A stretch of DNA of 63,041 nt, counting the filler, from Octopus bimaculoides (Eukaryota): the NCBI RefSeq assembly GCF_001194135.2. It is 4 parts of 4 records of this genome, joined end to end, with 100 filler letters (N's around TTAATTAATTAA, not from the genome) between each part and the next. Parts side by side here need not be neighbours in the genome. Positions count along the whole stretch, not along the records: positions 22,847 to 42,533 come from NC_068996.1; positions 42,634 to 51,772 come from NC_068982.1; positions 51,873 to 63,041 come from NC_069000.1; 1 more part is not named here. One strand, 5' to 3'. Each line of letters opens with the position of its first letter. Within the stretch, counting starts at the first letter, position 1. The position numbers and the translations under genes are program-made. This document shows positions 38,060 through 52,241 of this stretch, in pieces. Under the pieces are notes generated by a model. That model was not told the origin of the DNA and searched no databases. It saw only the letters and a program-made list of their open reading frames with translations.

Positions 38060-38405
38060 CTTACACCTTACATCCATCATGGCGTCTGATGTGATTTTTT
38101 AAACCAGACAATGTATTGAAAAGACACCCACATAGGTTGCATATCTGATTTGGACCACTAAGAGCAACAGTTAAGTTATGATCTTTGTGGATATTAAAAT
38201 GTATTTTGAGGCCTTGTAGGTATGTACAGATATATAGGCACAGTAATTGGGGAAAGTTCGGTTTTCATCGGTCCTCAAATGAGATTTGAATCCAGCAAAA
38301 GAAAGGCATGGTCTGTCACAGACTATGCGCACAAAAAGGCCGCTGAGACTCATTTTCTCGATCACAACATTCTTCTTTAAATCTCTCTTGTGTCATCCTC
38401 GCCTC
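38060..38405 (-). mobile_element. RTE LINE 3' end
   Basis: Terminal zinc finger VCDRPCLSFAGFKSHLR followed by a 3' UTR-like tail. Confidence 0.8.
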
Positions 38406-38551
38406 ATTACAATATATATATATATATANNNNNNNNNNNNNNNNNNNNNNNNNNNNNNNNNNNNNNNNNNNNNNNNNNNNNNNNNNNNNNNNNNNNNNNN
38501 NNNNNNNNNNNNNNNNNNNNNNNNNNNNNNNNNNNNNNNNNNNNACATACG

Positions 38552-38590
<39 letters not shown>

Positions 38591-39033
38591 CTATCTAATA
38601 ATATAATATAATACAATATATAATATAATATGATATAATATAATATAATATAATATAATATAATAATAATATATAAAATAGAGATGTGTGTGTATTCGCT
38701 TTTCACGCGAAAACGACTTCACCAATTGCTTCCATACTTGTGATGCATGAGTAATTTGACCGCGGACATATGTTTGACGATTTATTCATTCTTTTTTTAT
38801 TAAAAATAAAACAATATTGCTTTATATTTATAATTCACTTCTTTCAAAACCTTTCTCAATGTCAACTTCCGATATTGACATAAAATGGGCGAAGTCTCTC
38901 TCTCTCTCAACGTTCACTGTTTGGGATGTGTTTATTTTTTTTTCATTCGCAAAATATGCATTTTTGTTTAAAGACAGTAAAAAATCTGAAAATCGGCAAC
39001 AATAATAAAGTTTTCCAGTCTAATTGCTATGAA

Positions 39034-39179
39034 GGTGTGGCTGTGTGGTAAGTAGCTTGCTTACCAACCACATGGTTCAGAGTTCATTCCCACTGCGTGG
39101 TACCTTGGGCAAGTGTCTTCTACTATAGCCTTGTGAGTGGATTTGGTAGACGGAAACTGAAAGAAGCCCGTTGTATATA

Positions 39180-39227
<48 letters not shown>

Positions 39228-39421
39228 ATGTGTGTGTATATGTTTATGTGTCTGTGTTTGTCTCCCCAACATCGCTTGACAACTGATGCTGGTATGTTTG
39301 CGTCTCCGTAACTTAGCGGTTCGGCAAAGGTACTAGGCTTACAAAGAATAAGTCCTGGGGTTGATTTGCCCGACTAAAGCATGGCCGCAGTCAAATGACT
39401 GAAACAAGTAAAAGAATAAAA
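39034..39421 (+). mobile_element. SINE family A, near full length with small deletions
   Basis: Head, core, (TA)n internal tract, body and GAAACAAGTAAAAGAATAAAAG tail. Confidence 0.9.
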
Positions 39422-40197
39422 GATGTTGCGGAGAAAAAAAAATTGGAGGAAAACGTTACAGAGGTTTAAAAATCGAAAATACTATGTATTTATAGCCAAT
39501 AGCGAGACAGATATTTTCTGCGTTTAGCGGAGCGGTGTCAACTTTAAGGTTGTATCTTGTGAAATTTATAGTGTTGCGTCTGTGAAATGACCTCTTCATT
39601 GTAGGTTTTCTAAATAAACAGAAATACCTAATTGAATCAACATGTATCGTCTTACTGTTTCTTTTGTCTCTTCATTGATCGTATGTTTTTTTTATTTTTT
39701 TTTAATAAGTAATACTGATATATTTGTCTGCATGTGTTTACATTATGCGTATTTCACTATTATGATTACCTGTCCTGTATTTGTGTACATCATAAATATA
39801 TAAGTGAGTGTGTGTGAAAAGGGGGCGTCTGTCTCCAAAACTTCAAGGTTGAGTAACGTTTTCATGCTTGGATTTGTAAACTACGATAAGCATAACACTG
39901 GTCAACAAAAAATTTGTCCCAAGAAAAAGAATTCCTGTATCTTATATGTTTTTGCATATAGAATTCAAACATAATGTCAAATTATCTGTACTAAGTTTAC
40001 ATATTCCATTCACCTTTATAATTCCAAAAAAAAAACTGAAAAATATATAAAATATTAAGACAATTGGCGAAAAATATCTATGATAAAATTCTAATAGATA
40101 AATGTAAATTTTTATTAAAACAAATCACGCGGGTGAAGTAAGTCTCGTTGTGTGAAGAATCAACGCAACATGCGGGTGGAACACTATACAATGTGCA

Positions 40198-40439
40198 GTT
40201 GTCATGGTAACAAGCTGCTAATGTCACGCTGTCTGCTGATTGGCTAAAATTATCCAAATTTCCCAACTTTAATTCCAAATAACATCAGATTCTTTAGTTT
40301 ACGAGATAAAGTAATTGGTTGATCGTAATCAAAATTCAGAATTGCATCGATACACCGAAACTGAAAGCAATCTGAGCAAAATTAAAGGGGAGGGGCTCAT
40401 TTTGTGAATGAAAAAGACTAGATCCGCTGTTTGTAAACA
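40198..40439. promoter_or_regulatory. Motif cluster: RFX X-box, CCAAT box, forkhead site
   Basis: GTTGTCATGGTAAC at 40198-40211, CTGATTGGCT at 40236-40245, TGTTTGTAAACA at 40428-40439. Confidence 0.4.
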
Positions 40440-41103
40440 ACTTCGGTAAATTACTGAAAGAAATATTTACGAAGTTCGCAATTTTAAATATTCAATACAA
40501 GATAGTTTTTAACGTGTTTTTATTTATACGATTTTTTCATTCCATGTTTATCTCATTCATTGTTTGCAATGTTCTCTCTCTCTCACACACACACACATGC
40601 ATGCACGCGCACGCACACACACACACTCTCTCCGGGTTTGATTTTACTCTGAACTCACACTCTTCGTTAATTTCCGTAAAAGTTAATTATTTATTTTCTT
40701 TTTGCACACCGTGTTCAGCTCTATGTATTTGTAATCAGTCACACACGCACACGTTTGTATAGATTCATGTATGTGAGTGAAGGGGTGTGTTGTCATGTAT
40801 ACATACATGCATAAATACATATGCATACATTTTTTTCTGTGTATATGTACATGTGAGTGTGATAGAGAGATTGATGTCTAATTGGCTCCCTCTCTTCCTC
40901 TCTCTCTCACACATGCACACATACATACAAGAAAGATGTATGCCTATTAATTTACGTATGTACGTATACATAGCAATACACCCCTTCACTCGCTCTCTGT
41001 CTGTCTCTCTCTCTCACACACACACGTCCATTTCAGCTGATGTTTGATACTGTATGTGTATATCTGTGTTTGTGCGTGTGCGTGCAGCGTTCCACAACCG
41101 CCA

Positions 41104-42323
41104 GAAAAAAGTAGAGGAATTTTCTTTCTTGATGCTCCTGGCGACACACGTAAAACATTTGTAACATTGCTTCTTTCTAAGGTAAGGCAACAGAAAAGAA
41201 TTGCAGTTGCTCTACCATTGTCTGTCTTTGTTGCCATCAATCTCCCAGGAGGACGAACAGCTCATTCTACTTTTAAATTACTACTAAACCTGGTCACAAG
41301 TGACAGTCTAATTTGTAACATAAGCAAAGATTCAGTTAGAGCAGAAGTGCTGTGCCAATGCCACCTTATCATTTGGGATGAATGCGCCATATCATATAGA
41401 GGTGCAATGGAAGCTCTTGGTAACACCTTACAAGATATCAGAGGTAACAATAAATCTATGGGAGGAGTTACATTAGTTTTATCAGACTTCAAACAGACAT
41501 TACCAGTCATTCCAAGATGAACAAGATCTGATGAAATAAATGCATGCATTAAGTCTTCACACCTACGGAATAAAGTACTGAAATTCTCCATCAATACTGA
41601 CGTACCAGCTTCATTACATGGGAACCAATGTGCAAACCAGTTTTCAACCCGGCTCCTCCAATTAGGAAATGGGAAAGTACCACTTGATGGGAATGGTGAT
41701 ATTAGTTTGGCTCATATTGCTATTATGGTGAATTCTTCTGCTGAATTGAAGAAAGGGCAATTCTTGCTCCAAAAAATGAGACAGTAGCAAGGATTAACCA
41801 GGAATTAATGAATAAAACTCCAACAGTTATTAAGAAGAACAAATCAGTTGATTCAGTCCTTGATGAAAATCAAGCTGTCCATTACCCAACAGATTTCCTT
41901 AATTCTCTTGAGCCACCTGGAATTCCTCCACATAAACTTTTTCTGAAGGTAGGACTCCCAATAATGCTTCTCAGAAATTTAGATCCTCCTAAATTATGCA
42001 ATGGGACAAGGTTGATTGTGAAAACATTATAACCTAATGTGACAGAAGCTACCACTATCACTAGATGTGCCTCTGGAGAAGAGGTTTTCATTCCAAGAAT
42101 TACAATCAAACCAGCAGACATGTCGTTTGAAGTACAATTCCCAGTGAGACTTACCTTTGCAATGTCTATACAACTCCAGGTCAGTCTTTGAAATCTACTG
42201 GCTTCATTTTCTCACGGTCAACTTTATGTTTGTTGCTCCAGGGTTGGCAGTTTGCAAGACTTATTTGTCTATGCTCTAAACCAGAAAACAAAGAATCTTG
42301 TTTACCTAGAAACTCTTACATAA
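41104..42323 (+). pseudogene. Helitron RepHel PIF1-like helicase, C-terminal fragment
   Basis: Degenerate Walker A FFLDAPGDTRKTF, GGRTAHSTFKL, Walker B LIIWDEC, DFKQTLPVIPR, YPTDFLNSLEPPGIPPHKLFLKVG..MLLRNL..LCNGTRL and HGQLYV..SRV. It has stops, frameshifts and an internal deletion, and no Rep domain. Confidence 0.93.
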
Positions 42324-42392
42324 TTTCCTTCAACTAATGTGGTAGAATTTATCTCCTTACATAAAAGTGGTAAATTTTGTACTGTCGTCTAT

Positions 42393-42533
<141 letters not shown>

Positions 42534-42633
42534 NNNNNNNNNNNNNNNNNNNNNNNNNNNNNNNNNNNNNNNNNNNNTTAATTAATTAANNNNNNNNNNN
42601 NNNNNNNNNNNNNNNNNNNNNNNNNNNNNNNNN

Positions 42634-42680
<47 letters not shown>

Positions 42681-43338
42681 ATTTATTTATATCTTTACAT
42701 TCTGGCATACATACAAAAATATCCGACATTTTTCCTCTTTCAAACAGCATATTTTATTAGTCTTTATTTATTTATTTATGTTTCTCCTAATTTATGGATA
42801 AGTTCAAGGTTTAAAAAAGCAACAAGAAGACTTCTCTTCTCAACTAGGACTGCTTGATTTTCCAATCTCTTACTGTAGTTCTGTGTTATTGATCGTAAGT
42901 GTAAAGTTCTGATTTAAGGGCTTACAACTATCTAACTATATTTGACCTATGTCGTTCTCCTTATGAGTCATTTTTATTTTCCTTATGAGGGAGAGAATAT
43001 GAAGGGATCAGAAAGAAAGTGGAGGGTGTTTGGTATATGATATTTTCAGTCTCTCCTTGTTTTTTTTATAAAATGGCGAGGAATTCTAATCCAGCTAAAA
43101 ACCTTGGTAGGTAGGTAGGTAAACAACTGTGATTTTTAAAAGGCTATAGATAAATGCATATATAAAAACAAATATCTATATGTCTTTAAAAATGACATAT
43201 TACATGTACATACTCACATATATGCATGCATACATACATAAAACTAAGCATATAAATATGCACATATACATACATACATAAAAAAATACCCTGTTGATGT
43301 TAAAATCCAAACTGAATAATGACATACATACATACATG

Positions 43339-43724
43339 TGTTGTTAGCACTCCGTCGCTTACAACGTCGAGGGTTCCAGTTGATCCGACCAATGGAACAG
43401 CCTGCTTGTGAAATTAACGTGCAAGTAGCTGAGCACTCCACAGACACGTGTACCCTTAACATAGTTCTCGGGGATATTCAGCGTGACACAGAGTGTGACA
43501 AGGCTGACCCTTTGAATTACAGGCACAACAGAAACAGGAAGAAAGAGTGAGAGAAAGTTGTGGTGAAAGAGTACAGCAGGGTTCGCCACCATCCCCTGCC
43601 AGAGCCTCGTGGAGCTTTAGGTGTTTTCGCTCAATAAACACTCACAACGCCCGGTCTGGGAATTCAAACCACAATCCTATGACCGCGAGTCTGCTTCCCT
43701 AACCACTGGGCCATTGCGCCTCCA
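43339..43724 (-). mobile_element. tRNA-derived SINE family C, full length
   Basis: Reverse complement of the 53016 and 57680 copies. It is inserted in an (ACAT)n tract. Confidence 0.92.
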
Positions 43725-43746
43725 CACATACATACATACATACATG

Positions 43747-43784
<38 letters not shown>

Positions 43785-43872
43785 GTGTATTTGTGTGTTT
43801 GAAGTAGTGTACAGGTTTTATATATATAAAGAAAGAGAGGTTGTCAAGATTTTTTTAGTTATTTATTTAGTG

Positions 43873-43930
43873 CTTTCATCTCGTTTCTGAGATTCATCAG
43901 AAATGACAATTCTCAGAAACAAGATGAAAG
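43873..43930. repeat. 20-bp inverted repeat enclosing a hammerhead-like core (minus)
   Basis: Arms are 43873-43892 and 43911-43930 (19/20 match). Minus 43900-43874 reads CTGATGA ATCTC AGAAAC GAGAT GAAA. Confidence 0.6.
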
Positions 43931-44564
43931 AGCTGAATAATTAATTATTCAAAACTCTAGCTACCTCCTTTTCCTTAATATATCATAATTTCACAGTATC
44001 AACCAGACCATCATATGCTGTTATACACCCCTGGTCACAGTGCGTTTTCAATTTTGTCTGGATTGTACCTTTCTTTAATGTCTTGACCAAGATTGCTTGA
44101 CTAAATAGTTTTCCCAGTGCTGCCTGACAATGCCAGTGCCGCCTAACTGGCTCCCATGCTGGTGGTACCATAATCATCTGTAGTGTGTGTGTGTGTGTTT
44201 GTGTGTTTGTGTGTATGCGTCTGTCTGACTGTATGTATGAATGTATGTATAACTTGAATCTCAGAAACTGTAGGCAAAATATCATCATTGCCAGTTAAAG
44301 TCCTCCTGTCTATGTTTGTATAACTTCAATGCAAGTTGTTGAGGCAGATTTTCTACAGCAGGGGTGTTCTTCCTGTTGCCAAAGCTTACATGTTTCCAAA
44401 ATAGGTAAATGGCCTGACATGCTTTTTACAGAAGACTGGAAATGAACATCATGACTCATATGATGGGAATGTTTGTTTACAACCATCATATGATGGCTAG
44501 ACAAGGAAACACACATACATATGCATACATACACACACACACGTGTACATATACACACACATAA

Positions 44565-44700
44565 AAGCTTCTTTCAGTTTCTGTCTAACAAAGGCTTTGG
44601 TTGGCCTTGTAGAACACCCTTACCCAAGGTTCCATGCATTGGGATTGAATCTGAGACCACATAGTTCAGAAGCAAGTTCCTTAACCACATAACAATGCAC
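44565..44700 (-). mobile_element. SINE family A head fragment (old)
   Basis: Reverse complement resembles the head and core, and ends at the CTTCTTTCAGTTTC motif. Confidence 0.7.
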
Positions 44701-44760
44701 ACATCTGTCTGAATGTCTGTCTGTCTATCTAAATGTATATATGTATGTATGTATATATGG

Positions 44761-44845
<85 letters not shown>

Positions 44846-45367
44846 CGTCTGTCTGTCTGTTTGTCTGTCTATCTAAATCTATGTATGTATGTATGTATGT
44901 ATCTATCTAGCTATCCATCCATCTATGTCATGTATGTGTGTACGTATGTATGTATGCATCTGTCTGTCTGTGTGTCTGTCTATCTATATGTCTATATATA
45001 GATAGGTAGATAGATATACATACATATGCATACACACCTCTCTCTCTCTCTCACACACACACATACACACAAACATACATATATACACACACATACATAT
45101 ANNNNNNNNNNAATCTATGTATGTATGTATGTATGTATCTATCTAGCTATCCATCCATCTATGTCATGTATGTGTGTACGTATGTATGTATGCATCTGTC
45201 TGTCTGTGTGTCTGTCTATCTATATGTCTATATATAGATAGGTAGATAGATATACATACATATGCATACACACCTCTCTCTCTCTCTCACACACACACAT
45301 ACACACAAACATACATATATACACACACATACATATATACACATACTATATATAGAGATATAGATAT

Positions 45368-45446
<79 letters not shown>

Positions 45447-46043
45447 CATACATACACACACATGTTATCTGTTTGGTAATTTAAGACAATTTGGAAACCA
45501 AGTATGGCGCCTGGGTGTTGAAGTTGAGGCTTACCAAACAATCTGATCTACTTTGTACGTTGAATCAAAGAAAGAAAAGGAACCAAAGTTGTTGGTTATA
45601 TGTCCGAAACACTGTAAATGCTAATGTAATGTAGCGCACAAAGCCTTTGGTTCCAAGCCAAAATCTCTGTCAATTAAGCAAGTCTCATTTCAGTTCTGTG
45701 ATATAGCGTTAACATTGTAATGTTGGATGTGATATCTATACAAGTGAAAATGAATAATGAACTCAAAAGTAGCGTAAACCTTGCCAATTTGCTATGCATC
45801 TTGGTGGCCCTAGATAAACAGCAGCAGCAGTAGTTGTTGTTTTAGCTGTTGTTCAGTCGTGAGTTGGCTTTCATTGGAAGATGCCAAGTGAGCAAAGGAG
45901 TTCTAGCCATGACTATCCAGCCTTTCTCAAATGTGATTCTCCATATTATGAGGGAGAGATTTGGCTGCTAATTCAAGCTGGTCAGTCGAGCACCTGCATA
46001 AAAGCTCTCTCATTAGCGCTGACTGCTACTACTACCACTACTA

Positions 46044-46074
<31 letters not shown>

Positions 46075-46115
46075 CACAGCCGCCACCATATATATATGTG
46101 TGTGTGTGTGTGTAT

Positions 46116-46171
<56 letters not shown>

Positions 46172-46325
46172 TACAGGCTTCTTTCAGTTCCTGTTCACGA
46201 AATCCACTCACAAGGCTTTGGTTGGTTCAAGGCTTGTAGAAGACACTTGCTCAAGATGCCACACTGTGGGACTGAACCCAGAATCATGTAGTTGGGAAGC
46301 AAGCTTCTTATCACATAGCCATACC
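46172..46325 (-). mobile_element. SINE family A head/core
   Basis: Forward strand reads CAGGCTTCTTTCAGTTCC...GAAGACACTTGCTCAAGATGCCACACTGTGGGACTGAACCC...GGGAAGCAAGCTTCTTA. Confidence 0.85.
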
Positions 46326-46398
46326 TGCACACACACACACACGCACGCGTGCGCGCGCACACACACACACACACACACACATACATACACAGATGCAG

Positions 46399-46431
<33 letters not shown>

Positions 46432-47991
46432 TANNNNNNNNNNNNNNNNNNNNNNNNNNNNNNNNNNNNNNNNNNNNNNNNNNNNNNNNNNNNNNNNNNN
46501 NNNNNNNNNNNNNNNNNNNNNNNNNNNNNNNNNNNNNNNNNNNNNNNNNNNNNNNNNNNNNNNNNNNNNNNNNNNNNNNNNNNNNNNNNNNNNNNNNNNN
46601 NNNNNNNNNNNNNNNNNNNNNNNNNNNNNNNNNNNNNNNNNNNNNNNNNNNNNNNNNNNNNNNNNNNNNNNNNNNNNNNNNNNNNNNNNNNNNNNNNNNN
46701 NNNNNNNNNNNNNNNNNNNNNNNNNNNNNNNNNNNNNNNNNNNNNNNNNNNNNNNNNNNNNNNNNNNNNNNNNNNNNNNNNNNNNNNNNNNNNNNNNNNN
46801 NNNNNNTAACGAACTGTCTGTAAACTTCTAACACCTTTGCTGACTGACTGTTTAACCACAATAAATTTGGCCAGTGTTATGATAACGGAGGGGGGGTAGG
46901 GTAGGGCGGGATGAGGGGGGTTATGAAAGAGGGTTTGGGTAGGAGGGGTGGGGGTCTGTGTGTGTGTGTGTGTGAGGATTCTATCTAGATGATTATTACA
47001 ATGCAATACTGTACTGCATTGTACCGAGTGGCACACAGAAGACAGAAGCTGTCTTTCCACTGAAGGCAGTTTAGATCAAGCTTGTCTGCGTACCTTAATG
47101 AACTCAGCGCAGTACAGTAGAGTATGGTTCAGAACTGTAACTCAGCTCCTCCGCTCAGAACAATGGAAGAAGGCAGAACCATTAAAACGGAGAGGGTGTG
47201 GGGTGCGGAGTGTAGTTGGACGTGGTGGTGGTGGGGTAAGAACAAACAAACAAACGTGCAAACAAACTGACAGACATGAATTCTAGAGACTCAGCTTTAT
47301 GAAAGATAAGTCTGTGCGTGTTATACACAAGAGAAAAAGTTCCATCCAGCTAATGTTTAACATCGAGTGAGTGTGTATGGCGGCGGGGGGGGGGGGGGGG
47401 GAGAATGCCCAAAACAAAAAAAGATCTTCACATTGTGAAGAATTTTTCCCATGACAAAAGTATAAAAGTATGTGTTCTCTGTTTGTTTGGATGATAGGTA
47501 TAATTAGGAATCTCTACATTATTTTACGCAACTAACCTTCTTTTTTTTTGTGTGTGATTGCGTTAACTTCTTGTGAATGCTTTAATTTCTTTTGTGTGTG
47601 TGTGTGTGTGTGCTCGCTGCAAAAATGTATGTGTGTGTATGTGTGTGTGTGTGTGTTTGGATGCATGCACGTATGCAGATACATTTTTGCAACTAGCCTT
47701 CCCCCCACCGCCCCCACATACACACACACACACTCACATGCAGACACACACACACATACACAGACACGCTCTCAAACATACACACACATGCACACTCTCA
47801 CACATACACACACACTCAAGCACACACAGACGCACACACATACACACTCACACACACACACTCATACACACAGAGACACACACACATACACACTCACACG
47901 CTCATACATACGTATTCACACTCACACAGACAGAGACACACACACTCACACACACAAGCACACACACTGATACAGACATGCGCACACACAC

Positions 47992-48146
47992 ACATCCACA
48001 TGCATTATTTCTGCAGCCAGTGCATGCACACACACACACACGCACACATATCCACATGCATTATTTCTGCAGCCAGTGCACATACACACACACACGCACA
48101 CACACACACACACATATCCACATGCATTATTTCTGCAGCCAGTGCA
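47992..48146. repeat. Three copies of ATCCACATGCATTATTTCTGCAGCCAGTGCA separated by (CA)n
   Basis: Read directly. Confidence 0.9.
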
Positions 48147-48915
48147 CATACACACACGCACATCCTAAGGGAAACAGTGTTCCCTCGTGTACTCCCCCAC
48201 CCCACCCATCTCTAGTATGATTGCACTCATTTACTTGCTCATAAGGTCAGGCAGAGCTCCTTATGGAACAAACTCTCACAAAAGGGATTTTCTTCATCTT
48301 TCTTTCTCTCCGCATCCCCCCTTTTTTTTTCAAGGCTTCAATAACATAAATTTTTAGTCAAATATTAAATTAACCAAAAGAAAAACAAAAAAACAAAAGA
48401 AACTGAAAAACATCATACAAACAAAACAAAGGAAAACAAAATAAAAAACAAGATTTATTTGTAACATTTTGTTTGTTGTTGTTGTTGATGTTGTTGTTTT
48501 CCAAATTTCTTTGTCTTATCTTTGTGATTTTTCTCCATCTTCTCCCATCCTTTCCTCTCTTTTGTCTTGCGTTGGTGATTCTTTAAATGAGATTATTGCA
48601 TCTGCTCTGGTTTCCCCATTGCTCGCTCGCTCTCTCTCTCTCTCTCTCCTTCTCTCTCTCCTTCTCTCTCTCTCTCTTTCTCTCTCCTTCTTACTCTCAG
48701 TCTATCTCTCCTCACCCCTTTGTTTTCTTTTCCTCTCTCTTTCTCAGCTGATCCCTCTTTCCACCACTTTGTCTGTCTGTCTGTCTGTCTGCTGTCTGTC
48801 TGTCTCTCTCTCTCTCTCTTTCTATTTCTCTTTCCCTCAGTCTATCTCTCTTTGTCAGCTCTCTCTCTCTCTCTCTCTTTTTATTTCTCTTTCCCTCAGA
48901 CTATCTCTCGTTGTC

Positions 48916-48967
<52 letters not shown>

Positions 48968-49288
48968 CTATTTATATATCTCTTTCTCTTTTCCTCAGTC
49001 TATCTCTCTTTGTCAGCTCTCTCTCTCTCTATCTATCTATCTGTCTATATATATCTCTCTCTCTCCCTCAGTCTACCTCTCTCCCTACTACTTAATCTGT
49101 TCTCTCTCCCTCTCTCTTTCTCAACTGATCTCTCTTGCAACCATTTTGTCTGTCTGTCTGTCTCTCTTTCCAGCCTGTCTTTCTCCCCACTACTTGGTCT
49201 CTCTGTCTCTCTCTCTCTCTCTGTCTGTCTGTCTGTCTGTCTCTCTCTTTATCTATCTCTCCCTATCTCTCTATCTCTATCTCTCTAG

Positions 49289-49342
<54 letters not shown>

Positions 49343-50551
49343 ATCTATCTATCTATCTCTCTATCTATCTATATATCTCTCTATCTATCTATCTCTTTCT
49401 CTCTGTCTACTTCTCTTATTTATTCCCTCTGTCTGTCTGTCTGTCCATATAAAAACTCACCGTCATGAGCCAATAAGGGAGCCACCATGTCGTTGCTCAA
49501 CTTATTACTAGAAATAGTAGCCAAAATCTCCCTCACAAGGATAACAAGGGACACAATAGTACAGGCAGAAGTCAAGGCAAAAAAAAAAAAAGGTATGCTT
49601 ATATATACAGAATGCTTTTGATCAGAGGCCTGCTACATCCAGGCTGACCTGGGGCTAAAATGACAACAACAACAACAACAACAACTGTATTTCCTTCATT
49701 ACAGTTAAAAAAATAAATCAAGGTGATTTTGGATCTAAAGTTGCTAATTATGTAGATCATCATCACCATCATCATTATCATCATGGTTGCCATCATCATC
49801 CTGTAATCATCATCATCATCTTCATCATCACTATCACCATTGTCGTATTTATCCTCCTCCTCCTCCTCCTCCTCCTCCTCATCATCATCATCATCATCAC
49901 CACCACCACCACACCACTTGCATTGTTATCATCATCATCATTATCGTTGTCATCATCGTCAGCAGCAGCAAGGAAAAGCAATAAGAATACATTTTAGATT
50001 TTGTTCTGTATCATATTTCCCCCCCCCCCAAGATGAACCAGTAAGGGAACCTCTACGTGTTCACTCTCACTGCTAGACATAGTAACCGAATCTCGGTTAT
50101 CTCCTACTGTGTCCTCTTTCAAAACAAAAAGGAAACGGTAGAAAAAAAAAAAGACTCAAGCATGACATATCAGGACTAAGTCACCTTAGGTGTACAAAAC
50201 AGACAGGGTGGTTATGACCGGAACCCCTTTGGATTATAGGTGTGTTTAATCTTGTTTGACCAGGGGCTAAAAAGCAATCACCACAAAAATAATAAAGACA
50301 TGAGGAGAAAACAATTATGTTTTCTTTATAGAAACTCAGTTTTATGAAATAATTGAACTGGAAACAGAAGAAGACAGTTAACAAGAACACCAAGAATAAT
50401 ATGAAACCCTGAGGGGAGCTGAATGGAGTGGCTTAGCATGCAGCTAGAAATAGCAGTCAGAAGATTTTTCTTCCAATCTATTTGTCTGTTTGTTTGTATG
50501 TATGTATGTATGTATGTATGTATGTCTATCTACCTGTATATCTATCTATCA

Positions 50552-50583
<32 letters not shown>

Positions 50584-50596
50584 CTCTCTATATACA

Positions 50597-50628
<32 letters not shown>

Positions 50629-50949
50629 TCTAGGTCTGTCTGTCTGTTTGTCTATCTATCTATCTGTCTGTCAGTTCATATAAGTCTGTGTGTGTGTATC
50701 TATCTATCTATCTATCTATCTATTTATCTATCTATCTATCAGTCAATATAAGTCTGTCTATCTATCAATCTATCTATCTATTTCTGTGTATGTGTGTGTC
50801 TGTCTGTCAGTCTGTCTGTGTCCCTGTCTCTCCACATATGTAAATACAGCAAACATAAGCATGTACATACATACACACATACATACACATATACATATAT
50901 ACATATGCATCGACAGACATACACACACATGTATATATAAATAGACACA

Positions 50950-50988
<39 letters not shown>

Positions 50989-52064
50989 GTTCATCTATAT
51001 GTATATGGTAATTCCTTGGTTTGTCTTCTGCTAGTTATGATGGCTATTTCCTTTATCTGTAGAATATATCTTGAGAATACCTTTCAATTTTCTTTTTTTT
51101 ACCTTTCCTGCTCTCTGTACGAAGAACACCAGAGGCGGAGGGAGATGTCGATTATTGGGAAAATTTAGTGGGTCGGGGGGGCTAGGGGGTAGGAAGAGAA
51201 GTGGTAGTGGAGGGGAGAGGGTGGTGGTGGTGGTGGTGGGGAACAAGGAATCTTACATTATTATCTTAGGAAAAGGTAAAAATAAAAAAAACCAAACAAA
51301 CAAACCCCAAAAAAAAGGAATGGATATACAGGAGTTAAGGTAGTCTCAGACACATTGTGTCTGAAGGAAAAGATGGGATGGGCACACCTGGAGTGTCTTT
51401 GAGCAATCTGTTCAATGAAGGAGTTATGCTACAACAATAAAAGCAACAACAACAACAACCTTGAATAATTAAAAATGAAAAGGATAAAGAGAATGAAGAG
51501 AAAGAGAGAGAGAGAACTATATGTATTCTCTCTCTGTCTATATCTCTGTGTGTGTTAGTGTGTATGTGTGTGTTGGTGTGTATGTTAGTGCGTATGTTAG
51601 CATGTGTGTGTATATTAGTGTGTGTGTGTGTGTATGTGGGTGTCAGTGCGTGGACTTTAGGAAATGTATCTTTGTGTGTGTTAGTGTATGTGCATGAATG
51701 TGTGTGTGTGTGTTAGTGTATGTGCATGAATGTGTGTGTGTGTTAGTGTGTGTGTGTGTGTGTGTGTGTGTGNNNNNNNNNNNNNNNNNNNNNNNNNNNN
51801 NNNNNNNNNNNNNNNNTTAATTAATTAANNNNNNNNNNNNNNNNNNNNNNNNNNNNNNNNNNNNNNNNNNNNTATACATACATACATACATACATACATA
51901 CATACATACTGTGCTTATGTGTATATGTATGCATAATGCACACTCTAAGTCTACAAGTGGTGTGTAGATATAATGTGTATTGTATACTCGTGTGTACAAA
52001 TACGTTTGAGTGCATTTGTAAGCATGAATTTATATTTTTCCATCTATAGACTGTGAAACAAACA

Positions 52065-52142
<78 letters not shown>

Positions 52143-52188
52143 CCTGTCTGTGTATCTCTCTGTCTGTCTGTTTGTTTTTCTGTCTATC

Positions 52189-52241
<53 letters not shown>

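Noticed and set aside
44876-45337. ~225-bp perfect tandem duplication
   Set aside because: The identical copies abut a 10-N gap (45102-45111), so this is most likely an unmerged contig overlap.
47040-47190. Minus-strand exon ending AAG|GTACGC
   Set aside because: All three frames from the first acceptor after the pyrimidine tract hit stops.
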